Below, piece by piece: positions 48,951 to 61,235 of a DNA stretch of 64,000 bases; position 1 is the first letter of the stretch; each line of letters begins with the position of its first letter. Where the stretch lies: the NCBI GenBank assembly GCA_036172245.1, contig JAYWIR010000038.1, positions 1,736,001-1,800,000 on the forward strand, in the 5' to 3' direction. Position numbers and translations under genes: made by a program. The DNA comes from Raillietiella orientalis. Its lineage: Eukaryota. The notes under the pieces were generated by a model. It was given only the letters and a program-made list of their open reading frames with translations, was not told the DNA's origin and did not search any database.

Positions 48951-51900
48951 GGGGGCTCCCCGACTGAGTCCTTCGCTTCAGGAAACCGGCTTCCCAGAAG
49001 CAGGGAAGAAAGGGCACCTTCTTGTCAAGAGGTCGATGATGCCAGTGGGCATGAGCGTAGTTGGCCGGCTTCAATGGTCCCCAGTCCTTGCTTTCCCTCC
49101 CCTGCAGGTGGGTGGCCTGGAGAGTAAGGAGGACCTCGGTCGGTTCCTTTGTCCACTCGGTGGACTGGGTCGACCGCTGTGGCACTCTGCCCCCCTCTCC
49201 ACCCTCCCGTAAAAGAGGTGCGATGTGGGATGGGCCCGGACGGATCGTCTCAAAGGACGTTTCTGCGGCAGCAGCGCCCCTAGAGGAGGAGAGAGGCGTC
49301 CCGCCCAGCTCTCTCTTCTTTCGAAAGCGGGGAGGGTCTCGTTCCGGTCCTCCTCCGCGCCCCGAGCCCCCGCGAATGCCCCTTCCTGCCAGCCCAGCCG
49401 CAGACGGGAAGCCTCCGCTCCTCCACTCCATTATCCCCGGAATCTCGGACGCGACGGCTTCACATCGTGCCTTCGAAGAGCACATGGACCTCTTCCTGTG
49501 GATTCCCCTTCGCCGGATTCTGAGAGCGAAGCGAGGAATCGGAGTCCGGGATGCAGGTGATCAAAGGTGGAGCCTGCCGGATCCCTTTTCGCCTGTCCTC
49601 GGGACTTGAGAGCGGCGGCGTTCGAGGCCGCACGGAGAGGGCAGGCGGGCGAGCGCCGCCGACACGGAAGCTCTCCAGGGCGTGGTCCATACTGGGAAAT
49701 CGGCGCTCCGGAAACGGAGCCCGGCGTTCCGCAGCGAGCACGCCCTCCATCGGAATTTCTCCCGGGACAGGGACGCCATCCTTCCCCTCCTCCTGCTCCT
49801 CCAGCAGCCGCAGGGAACGCAGCTCTCTCCCCCCCACATCCTGTCGCCTCTTGAAAGGGCGACTGCAGGAAAAAAGCGCGTCGAGGGACAAATCACGGGG
49901 TGCGCGCGATGCGAAAGGGGGTTGCCAGTGGGGCCGACCGACCCGCGTCTGGGGAAGCGCCGGCTTTTCTCTCCGAGACAGGGTGAGTTTGCCAGTGGGG
50001 CCTCCAGTGCGAGGGCCACCCGAAGATCCGCGAAATGACCCTTCCCTCCCCTTTTCCCTTCGCGGACGGCAGCTCCCTCGCGACGCGGAAAGGCTCCCGG
50101 GGCGCATCGACCGTGGGAAAGCTGGAGGAAGAGGAGGAAGGCATCCCTAAAGGAGGAGGGAGATCACCTCTCTCCCAGGCGCTCCCAGGAGGGCGCAACC
50201 TGCCCGATCTCCTCCCGAGTCGCTCTGAGACTCCCGGGGGGGATCTGGTCGAGCGTCCCGGGACCCTCTTCGAAGCTCGAGCCAGGGGCGACGCGCCAAT
50301 TCGGGAGAGGAGACCCAGCGCTCAGCCGCGGAATCTGGAAGAGCGATCTCTGTAAACTGCGGCGTAACCATGGCTCCCTCCTCTTCCCGCGCAAGGGATA
50401 CATATCCCTTCAAGCATGTGGTTTTTTAATAAACGTCCCGGCGTGACCGGGTTAAAACCTCCCGAGCGCACGGTGCGGCGAGAAGTCCACTGCGCACCAC
50501 CCTCCTCCCTGCCCTTCCTCTCCGCACTCGGGGTCGAGTGGAGACCCCTTTTGCGGTCTCTCGCGGAGCCCGAAAGAGACGCTGGGATCATGCCGTGTCC
50601 CATCAGCATCTCGGCATCCCGGTGTCATCTCAGCATCGCGACGTTTCTCAGGGGAAAGGGCAGGTCTCCTCCTACTTCCTCTTCCCTTCCTCGGACGTCA
50701 CTGCCCGTTTCTAAGGCCCCGGGACCGGGAGGGTCTGCCTTCAGGTGCTACGGGCCGAGAGCGTTCCCCCCTCCTCCGTGTCCCGGGGCGCACCGACACC
50801 TCCCCCCCTCCTGCAGGGAAGAGCTCACAGCTCTGCTTCCTGCGGACCGGCCATCTCCTGAAGTGGGAGGCGCCTCTCGAGGGAGGGTGAGATCCTTTCT
50901 TCAGGGGCCAGTGGAAGACAAGCGGCACGTCTTCCTGACCCCATGGTCTCTGGGGGAAAGGGTAGGCGGCAGCAGCCTTTGCGAGCGAGGACGCGCGCGG
51001 TTTCATCCCGGCATCGATCCCGCTCTCCCGGATCCCCGGCTCTGCCGGCGGACGTGACGGCATCCCTCGCGCGCTCTTCGGTGCAGGGCCGTGACGTCAG
51101 AAGGTCTCCTGGGGAACGGCGGCAGCCTCCGCGCCCTCCCGCCGCCGCCTCGCGCCCTTGGCGGGAAGGTCCCTCCTCAGGCGCTCTTGGAACTCCCACG
51201 AACTCAAGCAGGCGAAGGTTCCCCCTTTCCTCGCTCCGCCCTCCGGAGCGGCCCCGAGGGACTGCCTGCGGGAGCTCCCCCACCCCCGCGCGGGCGTGTG
51301 CGTGGGTGGCTGGGGCGCGACAACGACGAAGGGACGCAGCCGCTCCCGGAAAGGGGTCCCGGGGCGCCTTACTCTCCCATCGCTTCCTGGACACCTAGAC
51401 GGACCCCCGGGGACTTCCATCGGGGGTCCATCCGTTCGTATCTCTCCCTCCCCTTCCTACCCGAGGCCTGAAGGACCATCGACCCCTCCGGCGACGACAG
51501 GCAGGCAGGGCAAGGACGAGGAGGAGGGGAGGAAGGACGGGACCACCTGCATTTCCGTGACACGGAGCCGACTCGCTCAAGGCGATGCCATCTACGGAGA
51601 TGGGGCGCGCAACCCGCTCTGCTGCCGGCATCCGCCGAGCGCGCGCGACGGACGCGCCTCCTGGGCGCCATGGTCGGCTCCTCTCCTCAGGAGAGGAGGA
51701 ACTACCCCTCCGACCCGGCTTCGCGCGCGCGCCCATTCGCGATGATCAGGGGAGTCTCTCTCCCTTCCGGAGTGGTGCAGACGAGGGACGCGGTCAGCAG
51801 GAGCCGGAGGAGGTCAGGTGGGAGAGACCGGGATGCAGCGGTCTGAGACACGCCCCACAGCTCCGAAGGGAGGAGACGCCGAGGAGAGGGGCAGCCGACC

Positions 51901-52149
51901 ACCCATTGGGATGTGTCCCGCAAGCCGACTATGGGGGGTGGGGTCTTCTCTCTGGCGGGGGGTGATCACCCAGGACCGGCCAGGCCGCCTCCAGCGCGTC
52001 AGACGACCCTTTCCTCGCCATGTGGCTTCCCGGTCTCCCCTGAAGACTTCGGCAACGAGGTGCAGACAGCTGCCGGCAAGCGGGAGGCGCGCGCCACCGC
52101 CAGGGAGAGGGCGGAGGGAGGGAAAACGGTACTGAGAGGACTCACGGAC

Positions 52150-55050
52150 GAGGGTGAGCGGAGGAGGAATTCACAGAGGCTAAAGAAGAGGGCGTTCCCG
52201 AGGAGGGGTAGAAAGGGAGGGCAGTCCAGTCGACCCTCTCGCACCCGTCTCACGGACAGTCCTGTGGGCGTCTCCGCCTCCTCCATCGCCAACGGCGAGT
52301 ACGGGTGGTGAGGTGGGGGTGCGCCCTAGGGGGTGGAGGAGGGAGCACCCGGAGCTCCACCGAGGAGCCCGAAAAGAGGATGGCAGGCCTTGGTCTTCCT
52401 CCCGGGTAGGTCAGAAAGGACCATTCACGAGGACTTCTGGAAGGGGCGGAGGCCCGGACCCAACACTCGGACCCCCCATTCTTTAACAGGAGGGTTCAGA
52501 GTCAAGAACCTGTGCGGGCAGCGCAGGAGGGGGGTCTGGAGACTCCAAGAAGACCCCTGCTATTGCCCAGATGATCCCAGGTGGACCGCTTGAGGGGGAG
52601 AAAGGAGCGGGGGCTTCCTGCTGCCCAATCCCGGCCCCTTCTTTCCCTGTCTCCTTTCCTTTAGGATTCTTCCATCTTCTTTTTCCTTTTCACGAGAGAA
52701 GAGGCGGCAGAGGGCGGCTCCGAGTTTCCTGGGGCGACCCGACCCTCTTGGTATGACTTCAGTTCAAAATCCTGCGCGAAGGAGGAGAGGAAGGATGGGG
52801 AGGAAGGAATCCTGCCGAAGTTTCCCTCGATAATCCTCAGCTTACGAGAATGAGAGTCGCCAGAAGTGGGGAAGGAGAGAAGCAGAAGGGGTTGACTCCG
52901 CGTCTGGCAGGGGTCACTCTGAGTTGAGTGGAGAGTTCTCTCGACTGTGAGGCCGGAGGTGCGAAGGAGGAGGGTGCAATGGGTAAGGGGTGGGTTGGGA
53001 GGTGAGCAGATCGCGCGCCTCTGGGAGCATCGCATCTGCAGGGACGTCGTCGAGAGGAGTGCTGGAGTCATGCCGATGGGAGATCTTTCCTCCGGAATGA
53101 TGTAAGAGAAACCTTTGAGAGAAGCAGGGTGCCCTCTATAGCCCTCCTTGCCTCCTTGACTCCTCGCCTGAAGAAGTGCAGATCATCCGGCAGGAAAAAG
53201 TCCGGAACCTCCTTCCCCGGAAGCTCGCGGAGTGTTGGCGTCCAGGAGGGTGCAGTCCCCGGAGAAGGGAGGAGGAGCAGACTCTCTCTCCTGTGCATCC
53301 CTCTCCTCCCTTCGTGGTGGACCCGAGGCCCGAGAATCCCCAGGGACTTGAAAGCGGAACGGCTCCGCAGTGACAGTCGGAGTCACTAAGGGGTGGTCTT
53401 TCCTGGCTGGATGATCACTCGTGCTCCCTGCCGGTCCGCTACCTCCTCTTCTCTCCCTGGAGACCTGCGAGGATCCTCTTCTTCCTCTCCTTCGGAGCCG
53501 GGCGAAGCTGATTGGTCTGCACAGTTCTTTGGGACACCTGAAGCTCAGCGGTGTGGACGAAGGGAGGAGCACCATGGGAGCCGTTCAAAGACGGGCCCAG
53601 GATCCGACCCCGATGCCGAACCAGGTCGCCTTCTCAGCTGAAAAAGAAAATCAGCCTTCGGCTCCCGCGACAAGAAAGGAAGAGCACATTTTTGAGGTGA
53701 CCAGGGGCCTCAAGGCTCGCCAGTCGAACCCGGGGCCGAAGCAGGAACTGTAGGAAGGTGACATCCATCCAGCTTGTGGAGGATCCCGCGCGTGGAGGTG
53801 CTCCTGGAGTCGCCGGGCAACGCAGCCTGACTCCTTCTAGGCAAAAAAGCGTCCCAGGATGAGAGGTTTTCCTCCGGGACCGGAACTCGCCGGGGTTTTT
53901 GCTCCTGGTTCGTGCCCCAACCCAGAAAGCTCCTTCCACGGGGAGGAGCTTCTGTGAGCACCCCGTTTCTTCCTCTTTTCTCTCACGTCTCCTACCTCCC
54001 CCTCCCCCTCCTCAGCCGGTTCACGGTTCCATGCCCTTGGTGGAACGCGCCCCGCCTGCATCCCAGTAGCAACGACGCATCGGCTCTTTTCTCCCCACGG
54101 TCGCTCAGGCGCACGCCGCCGCGGATGCGACCGCACAGAGGCGCTGGCAACGAGATCGCCCTGGCGACAGCTTCCGCGGGACGACCCACGCGCTCGCTGT
54201 CGCTACACGGATGTCCCTGAGGCTTCCAAAGGGAGCATCAGCCAGCCATCTTGGGCACCCCCGCTGCCGTCGGACTACAAGGCAGACCCGCCGCGCGGAG
54301 TCCGGCGGAACTGCCTTTCTGCGGGGCTTCGGCCCGCGGAGCGCTGAAAAAGGTGGTCTCCCGGGTGAAGATCTCACTGACGCTTGTCCTCGTGGTAGGG
54401 GAAGGGAGGGGAGCGTGGGAAATTCCTGGAAGTGCTGCCATCCAAAGAGCTCAAAGAGCGAACTTCTGCCCGTTTTTCCTCCTTCCCCGGGGACTCGCCC
54501 GCATTACTGGGTGGAAGACGTCGTCGACTGGTACCGAAAGAGAGCCCTGCCTGCGGCTGCGGTCCGGGGTTTTCCAGGTAGCGAGACAACGCGCGGAGGT
54601 TCCGGACCGTGGGAAGGAAAGAGCGAGGGCAGCAGCAATGCTGCCGCCAAGCGGAAGGAGCTATGTGCCCTCCGGCCTCCACAGTATTTCCATCCGAAGC
54701 CGGCGCTGGGACCACCCCATCCAGAAAATACAGGTTCCGTCAGACCTCCGACGGAAACGGCTTCCCGGAAGTGGGGGCATAGGCCGAACGGGGTTTCCTG
54801 CCTCCGGGTGAGGTCCGAAGTCGGCGGTGGAATCGCGTGCAGGAAGGAACCGCCGACTGGGAGGTCGGACGGACAACGGACCTGCCAGCCGACGGACTGC
54901 CCGCTGCCCCGAGTGCCCCCACCAAAAGGGCGTAGCTCCTGGATAGGTTTCCCCGGAGGATCTGGCGCTGCCCGCGGCACCGACGGACAGTCGCACCCCT
55001 CCTCCTCACTTGGCAGGAATCCAAGCTGCCCCTGCAGCCCCGCCGGCACC
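52150..55050 (-). mobile_element. Long degenerate LINE ORF2 (APE endonuclease - RT)
   Basis: Motifs appear in the expected order on the minus strand: 'SDLTRRQETP' (LQET-like, 54504..55475), 'GARTRS...TLFCLE' (53634..53939), 'DDLHFFRRG' (53068..53298), then 'PCQTRSQPLLL' and 'SFAQD' (52661..53071). Confidence 0.55.
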
Positions 55051-55134
55051 ATTCGACCAAGGGAAGGGTGAGCCCTGAACAGCTGCAGGTGTGGAGAGAG
55101 CCCTTCTTGTCCCTGCTTGTGGATCCTCCTGCCC

Positions 55135-55855
55135 GCCCGCGTTGGAGGCCGTACGGCTGCTGTTTCCTCCGCGCGCGGCACCGCGCGTCGTGGATTCGAA
55201 TCCCGCACGGGGAAGGATCGACGCCGAGTGTGGGAGGTTAAAGCTGGAAACTCCCAGACTCCCCCGCCCTCACTGGCTGGCCAGACTGGAAGTTGACCCT
55301 CTGGGCTCCTGCCAGGAATCAAGAGGCTCTTCCGATTTCCCCTCCGATTGCGAAAAGGGAGACACCCCTCCTCCCTCGGGGCGACCCTCCATCGCGTTCC
55401 ATAGAGATGGTTTATATCTCCCTCGGGGTTGCCTCTCCAGAGTATCAGAAGCGCGCTGTTTCCCGAAGGGAGCAATGGTTCGGGGAACGCCCTTCAGAGA
55501 AATTGGGAAGCGTCCCTTCGAGGTTCTCTTTAGAGGAAAGAACAAGGAGCGAATTCTTTCCGAGGGGTCCCTCCGGAGGAGGAATCATGGAGTGACCCCC
55601 TCTGCGAGGTCCCTCCGGAGAGAACAAGAAAGGAGTCTTCCCTCTTACGCTTGGGGTTCCCTCCCAAGCGTAAGAGGGAAGACTTCTTTCTCCGGAGCCT
55701 TCCTGGATTCCTAGGGTGGTCTCTCTAGGGTCACCACTTATCTTAAAGAGTCACACGAACCCTCGGACGGCGTGGACTGTGATTCAAGAGCTTCGTGACC
55801 CCTCCCTAAGGAGGCGAGCGGTTCTTTAGAACTCGGCGAACTAAAAAAAAAAAAA
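55135..55855 (+). mobile_element. tRNA-derived SINE, apparently full length (~700 bp)
   Basis: Head 'gcccgcgttggaggccgtacgg...ggattcgaatcccg' carries pol III A/B-box-like motifs. The body is shared with other copies in the window. An A-rich tail lies at ~55843-55855. Confidence 0.8.
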
Positions 55856-56439
55856 GGGGTGGAAAAAAAAAAAAAAAGTTGGAAGCAGCGAAAACCCAGA
55901 ATACACCAAAGGGAATTCCATCATCCTGCGGCGCTTCCGGGGACGGTTCGGGAGGGCCCTCCTTACCCCGGTGGGCGTACCGGAGACGCTTTCAAGCGCC
56001 TCCTCGTGCCCTCCCGCCAGCCGCGTCGCCAGCAGCCGCTCTTGGCTGCCTTCGCGGGACGGCGGAGGTCTAGGGTGCCGATGAAAGAAGTCAGCACGAT
56101 GGGGACACACCGTTCAACACTTCGCCATCCACCCTTTTTTTTTTTCTTTTTTCTTGCTCTCTGCTTTGCCCGATGTATTTCTGGCGAGCGTCGCACGCTC
56201 GAAGCGCCCCCCTCAAGCTGTGGGATGCCCTACTGGTTCAACTTCATCTTCAGGACGGAGTGGATTTCATTGTTATCGAAGCTGAAGAGCACCTCCACAC
56301 AGCATCCCTGGAAGGAGGTGACGATGGCGGAGGCGTACTCGTAGGCGAGACGCCCGCCATCCGCTTTTTGAGGATCGCGACGAGATAGCCCGTGCGGAAC
56401 GCCTGAGGTGTAGGTGGAACTTCCCGGCATCTTTCCAGG

Positions 56440-56807
56440 GAATACAAAGGACTCCTCGCAGCGGTCGGTGGATCCCTTCCCAAGACCTTTTTTGAGGTCC
56501 TCTCGAGGGAGGAGGAGAGGATGGCTCCATTTTCACAGCCGGAGGGAAGCCCGAAGGGAACCGGTTCTTTGATTCCTGGAAGGACCCTGAAAGGTCAACT
56601 TCCGATCCCGTTCAGTCAACAGGAGCATCCGTGTCCCACCCGAAGCAAACCGAGGCCAACCAGCGTCGTCTTGCGGAGGGAAACTCGAAACCCACGACGC
56701 ACCCCCCCATTCTCGTCGTCAATCCTTCTCCACGCGTGGGATTCGAACCCGCAACGCTTATTGCCACGTGCGGAGGAGATCGCTGCCACACGGCCGCCAA
56801 CGCGGGC
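56440..56807 (-). mobile_element. 5' half of the tRNA-derived SINE
   Basis: 'gggattcgaacccgcaacg...cacggccgccaacgcgggc' plus the body motif 'gattcctggaaggaccc'. Confidence 0.78.
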
Positions 56808-59197
56808 CTCACTGGTCAGTCGATACATTTTTTTGTCTCGTTTTCCTTTTGTTCACCCCTTCACCCTTTTGCTGCCTAGACGAACTCTGCAGGCCCAAGT
56901 ACCGGACATATCCAATGTACATCGGAAGCGGTAGGAGCACCAATCTTCATGAGTGTGTTGTTTTCAACAAATGTCCCGGGGCATCCAAGCGAGAAAAACA
57001 GGGGTCTCTGCTTCTCCTTCCTTCAGCTAAGCTCTGCAACGCTCGCTGGATGCGTCTCCATGAAGCAAAGACTTTCTTCTTTTCTTTGCGCTCATATTGC
57101 ACAGTGGTTGAGGCAACAGGCCATGATATTGAGTTACCAACAAAATAAGCCTCAAGGTCAAAAGCGTGTAGGATATCGACTTGGAGCGCTCGCGACTGCG
57201 CATTCAGCTTCTCGCCGCCCGCCATTTGAGCCGGAGGCGGTGGTGGTGGGCGGGTCCCGTCTTCCATCCCATCGTCCATCGCCTGCAGAAGCGTGCGGAC
57301 GGATCGTAGGTTTTAGAAGACTGTAAACTCCGGAAGGGACAATCAGCGGGGGAACTCTGAGAGCACCCCGGCCAGGAACCAGTTCTGAATCCTCCAGAGA
57401 TGGAGAGATGGGAGACTACAGCCGGAACTGGACCCTCCGCCTCGCGTTTCGGCCAAGCTGCTGGTTTTCCGAAGGGCCTTTTTTTTATTCCTCCGGTGGC
57501 GGCGAGCCCAGGTGTACCTGGAGAAATTGGCGAAGAGGTGCTGGATAGACGACGAACCGACCCTGGTGGAGGACTGCCGAATGCACTTCCTGCATGTCTG
57601 CGCGCTGCCCTTCCCTCCTCATCATCATGACCACCGCCACCGTTCATTCCTCTTCCTCCTTCTGTCCCCATAATGAATCTTCTAGCCCTCTTCTACCCCC
57701 TACTCCTAACTCCTGGATGCTTGATAGCACTTTCCTCATCTGAGGGCTCCTCGAAGAACTTGCGGTCCCTCCCTCGTGCGTGGCACCTCTGTGTTCCCCC
57801 TTCGTTGGAAGCAGGACATGCTTCTGCTGTTGCATTGTGGTTTCCATTGCAACCAGCGCGCACACCTGGTATCCGGGGGAATTGCCTCCCGAACTGAAGA
57901 AGGTGCGGAGCAGCGGAATAGATCCCGCACCTGCTCTTCGAACGTGGTGCCCTCCAAGGGCTGTGGCGGAGGCTGCCTTCAGCACTCCTGCACAGGAGGA
58001 CACCTCCATGTGGTGCCGCAGCTCTTCACGAGAGGCGGTCTCTCGCTAGGCGGCGGTCATCGAAACGATCAGTTGCATCCGCGCCATCGTCATGGCCCGC
58101 CACGTGTTGCGATCTCGAGCGATAACCAGAGAGGTCACCAAGATTGCAGACACCAAGATGAGGACGGCTGCTAGGTGACCTCATCTCAACGAAGTGAGGA
58201 ATGAGATTGCCGGCATTCAGCGCCGGTTCTGAAAGGAAGGAATGGCCAAAGTCAAAGACCCCCTGTCCCCAACCCCCGCCCCTATATATACTTTTGTATT
58301 TTTTTTATATATATTTATGGTCCCCTCCCTCCCGTTCAGGACTTTCATGGTGCCCGACCTGCATGCCGGGGAGCCCTCCCCTTGAACTTCTTATCCCGTA
58401 ATCTGGGAACTTTGTTCCTGGATGGTTGGCTCATTTTTTTTTTTTTTTTTGAATAAACGCCCTGGTGAGCTGAAAAACTCCATGGCTGCAAACGGATCGC
58501 CGCAAAGCGTGGGAGCGACGCCTTTCGTCTTTGGCGCATGGGCGAACGAAAGACGGGGTTTCCGAACCTCCTCCCCCGAGGCACGAAACGGCAACCATCC
58601 TGGGAGTTTCCCGTCGTCTCACTCAGGCCACGCTTGCGCCATTACAACGGGGGGAACTTCTTCGGCACGCTGCTGGATGAACGCCGGGTGCGAAGCGCGA
58701 CCAGGAGCTCCCGCCGGCCAGATGCCTGCCGGATGTCTTCATCTTGCGTCGCCTTTTCATCCTTTTTGCCGGTTGCGGAGGGAGGTCTCGTTTCTCGGCA
58801 GTCCCTCGAGCGTGTTTGGCGCCACCTCTGCTGCATCGCCGAGAGACGGGTGGCTAGATGATTCGGTCGAGCGAGTAAGTTTGGAATGGTGGGGCAATCG
58901 ACGCTCCAGGGTCCAACCCACTACAGGGAAGCTGTTAGGGCGCGCCCGAGCGGCGCGCAGCGGAAAAACTGTCAAGGGCGCGCGCAGCCTGAATCCGTGG
59001 CGAAGGAGCCCGTGTGTTCCACAAGGATGGTCATTGAGAGACCTCATTCGATCACGCAGAGGTTTTGTTGCGATTCTCAATGGAGAGCGTACGACAGGCA
59101 AAAATGAAAAAAATAAATATATAAATAAACACCAGGAAAAAAAATAAATAGCAACTGAAGGAGTTCCTTCTCTTGGCATGGCGCTCATTGCCTAAGT

Positions 59198-59600
59198 AGA
59201 CGACGGAAACTCCCAGGATGGTTGTCGTTTCGCACCTCAGGAGGAGGGGAAGGTTCGGAAACCCCGTCTTTCGTTCGCCGATGCGCCAAAGACGAAAGGC
59301 GTCGCATCCACGCTTTGTGCCAATCCGTTTGCAGCAGCCCTGGCATCGTGGTTTCGTCGCCCTAGACTTTGAGGTGCAGCGAATGCAGCCCAAGGAAGGG
59401 AAAGGGCGTGTTCCGTCCGTCGACAGAGGTAGCTCGGAGCTGGGCGCAGATGAGAGAAGTGCTATCCAGCATCCAGGAGTTGTTAGGGCTAAGGTTCATC
59501 ACAGGGACAGAAGGAGTAAGAAGAGGAATGAACTGTGGAGGTGGTGATGAGCAGGAACAGGGAAGGGCAGAGCATAGACATACAGGAAGCGTACAGGAAG
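59198..59600 (+). repeat. Older composite inverted duplicate of M2 Roc-end and COR segments
   Basis: 59198-59336 is the reverse complement of 58484-58619 (shared 'gcgacgcctttcgtctttggcgcat...ccatcctgggagtttcc'). 59440-59595 is a more diverged reverse complement of ~57580-57745 ('QMREVLSSIQEL' vs 'QMRKVLSSIQEL'). Confidence 0.85.
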
Positions 59601-59608
59601 TGTATTTG

Positions 59609-59812
59609 ACCTGCGTTAGCAGTTGTGTGGCTGCAGTCTCCGCGCGCGGCACCAAGCATTGCGGGTTCGAATCCCGTCCGGAGTTGAGCATAGATGCCGA
59701 GAGTAGGGGTTGCGTCGTGGGTTTCGAGTTCGCCTTGCAGGATGGCGCTGGTTGGCCCTGGTTGGCTTCGGGTGAGGCACTGGTGGAATCAGGATGCTCC
59801 CTTTGACTGGCC
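59609..59812 (+). mobile_element. SINE head fragment
   Basis: Perfect B box GGTTCGAATCC at 59664-59674 within the family head, followed by ~140 bp of family body. Confidence 0.78.
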
Positions 59813-59829
59813 ACTCTTTTGACGGCATT

Positions 59830-61235
59830 CCGTGCCGCGACTACGCCGAGGAGCGAGCCGGGATGCCACGGCTGCGGCAGGTGGCATGGCGCCACCCACG
59901 AATAGGCGCTCCAGTGTGTCCCCGGGGTCGTCCACCGGAAGTTAGGTGGTCGTCGTGACGCGCGCTGGGGACCAACACGATCCCCTGGCAGAAGCGGAAA
60001 GGGCCGCCCTTCCTTGCAGCTGGCATGGTTTCGAGTCGCGTCCCCTCTGGCCCCGGTGGCGCTAGGGAGGCAAGACGCTGACCCCGGACGAAGGGAGGGA
60101 GATTTCTCTGGAGGGAAAGCGGGGCCGTTCCCAACAGCGATTGCTTCCCTGTTCCACTCGCGCTTCCCCGATTCGCAGCCGACGCGCGTTTTCTCCCTCT
60201 CCACACACCCGGTGCCACCCGCCACCCGTTGCTCACCATGAAGCCGAGTATCGCCTCCGTTCCCAGCTCGAGCGCAGCTTCTCCTCTCGGTCCGGACAAG
60301 GACCTCAGCGGGAGATCGCACAGCATCCAGATGCTTTCTCCAGTCCTCCGAACCGAAGCGCCTGCCGCTGCCAGGCCGAGCCGGAACGATTGGAAATTTC
60401 TGCACCGAAATGCATCGGAGAGACCACCGCCACCCCCTCGCTACCGCTTCTCACCCGTCCTTGGACAGCGGGGCCTCTTCGGGGCTGGTGCTACCAGCGA
60501 AGAGGGTCGGTAGCACCAAACCCCGTCCTCTGGCAGACGCTCTGCTTCTTGGAGCCAAGATAGAGTCGTCCATCTCTTTGGCTCTTCGGCTGCTTGAGAG
60601 GCGGCCGTCGCGCACTCTAAAGGGCGCATCCTCCCCTCTCCCTTGAGGATCCGAACTGCAACTGTGGAAGGTGCGAGGAACGGGAATTTTAGCTCCCGCA
60701 CCTGCTTGTTGACTGTGTTGCCCTCTGACCCCTGTGGTTACGTTTCGCAACGGCCCTTGGTGCGCCAGCGAACGTTCCGAGGGACGTGATGAAGCGCCTC
60801 TCCGTGCTCTATGCCCTTTCTCCCGGAGCATCCCCAGGAGCTCTTTGCTGCTGCCTACGTGGAATTGCGGCGGCATGGAGTTGCGCGAGAGCAGGACGGC
60901 GCGATAGGAACTTCATCTGCTTCGCCCTGTGCTTCCTGAGGATGGCAGCCAGATGGCCCCACCTGGGGCAAACTCGCATGGAATTGCCGGCATCCTGGAA
61001 AGGATGGAGAGGACGTCCTCCAGTGGGCAGTAATCGCTTCCCGTGCCTCCCAGAGTGTTGCTTTTTTTTATTGATTTTTATTTGTGCTTGCCCCTCCGCT
61101 GCCGAAGCGAACCTCGCCGGCCTGCGTGCAGGTTATTCGACCCGTTCCGGAAACTTTGGAACGCTGTAGGGCCGATCGCCCTACACGTTCTATGTTTATT
61201 GTTAAAATAAACGCCCCGGCGCACCCGGGTATTAA
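59830..61235 (+). mobile_element. LINE 3' half (post-RT, zf-RVT, 3' UTR)
   Basis: 'EDPNCNCGRCEE...HLLVDCV' at ~60645-60720. Terminal 'aataaacgccccggcgcacccgggt' at 61206-61230. Confidence 0.72.

Larger units (their letters stand above)
48960..56440 (-). pseudogene. Roco module M3: ankyrin repeats - Roc - COR - CARD-like; ankyrin region split by a SINE and a long LINE
   Basis: Ankyrin-like: 'GRLAYEYASAIVTSFQGCCVEVL' (56230..56430), 'LLRLLLTASLVCTTPEGRETPLIIA' (51702..51923) and 'DETARVLARKG' (50825..51394). Roc-like at ~50050-50420: 'IGQVAPSWERLGER*...DAFLLFL'. COR end and CARD-like 'TEVLLTLQ...KVPFLPCFWEAGFL' lie in one ORF, 48400..49485. Confidence 0.6.

Noticed and set aside
59609..59690. 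tRNA genes at the GGTTCGAATCC motifs
   Set aside because: No convincing cloverleaf. Each motif continues into a shared repeat body, so they are SINE heads.
59830..60405. Ankyrin-like 'GDTRLH...GCVE' on the minus strand (ORF 59362..60405)
   Set aside because: The plus strand reads as LINE post-RT sequence continuous with the zf-RVT and 3' terminus at 60645-61230. I treat the match as coincidental, though this is not fully excluded.
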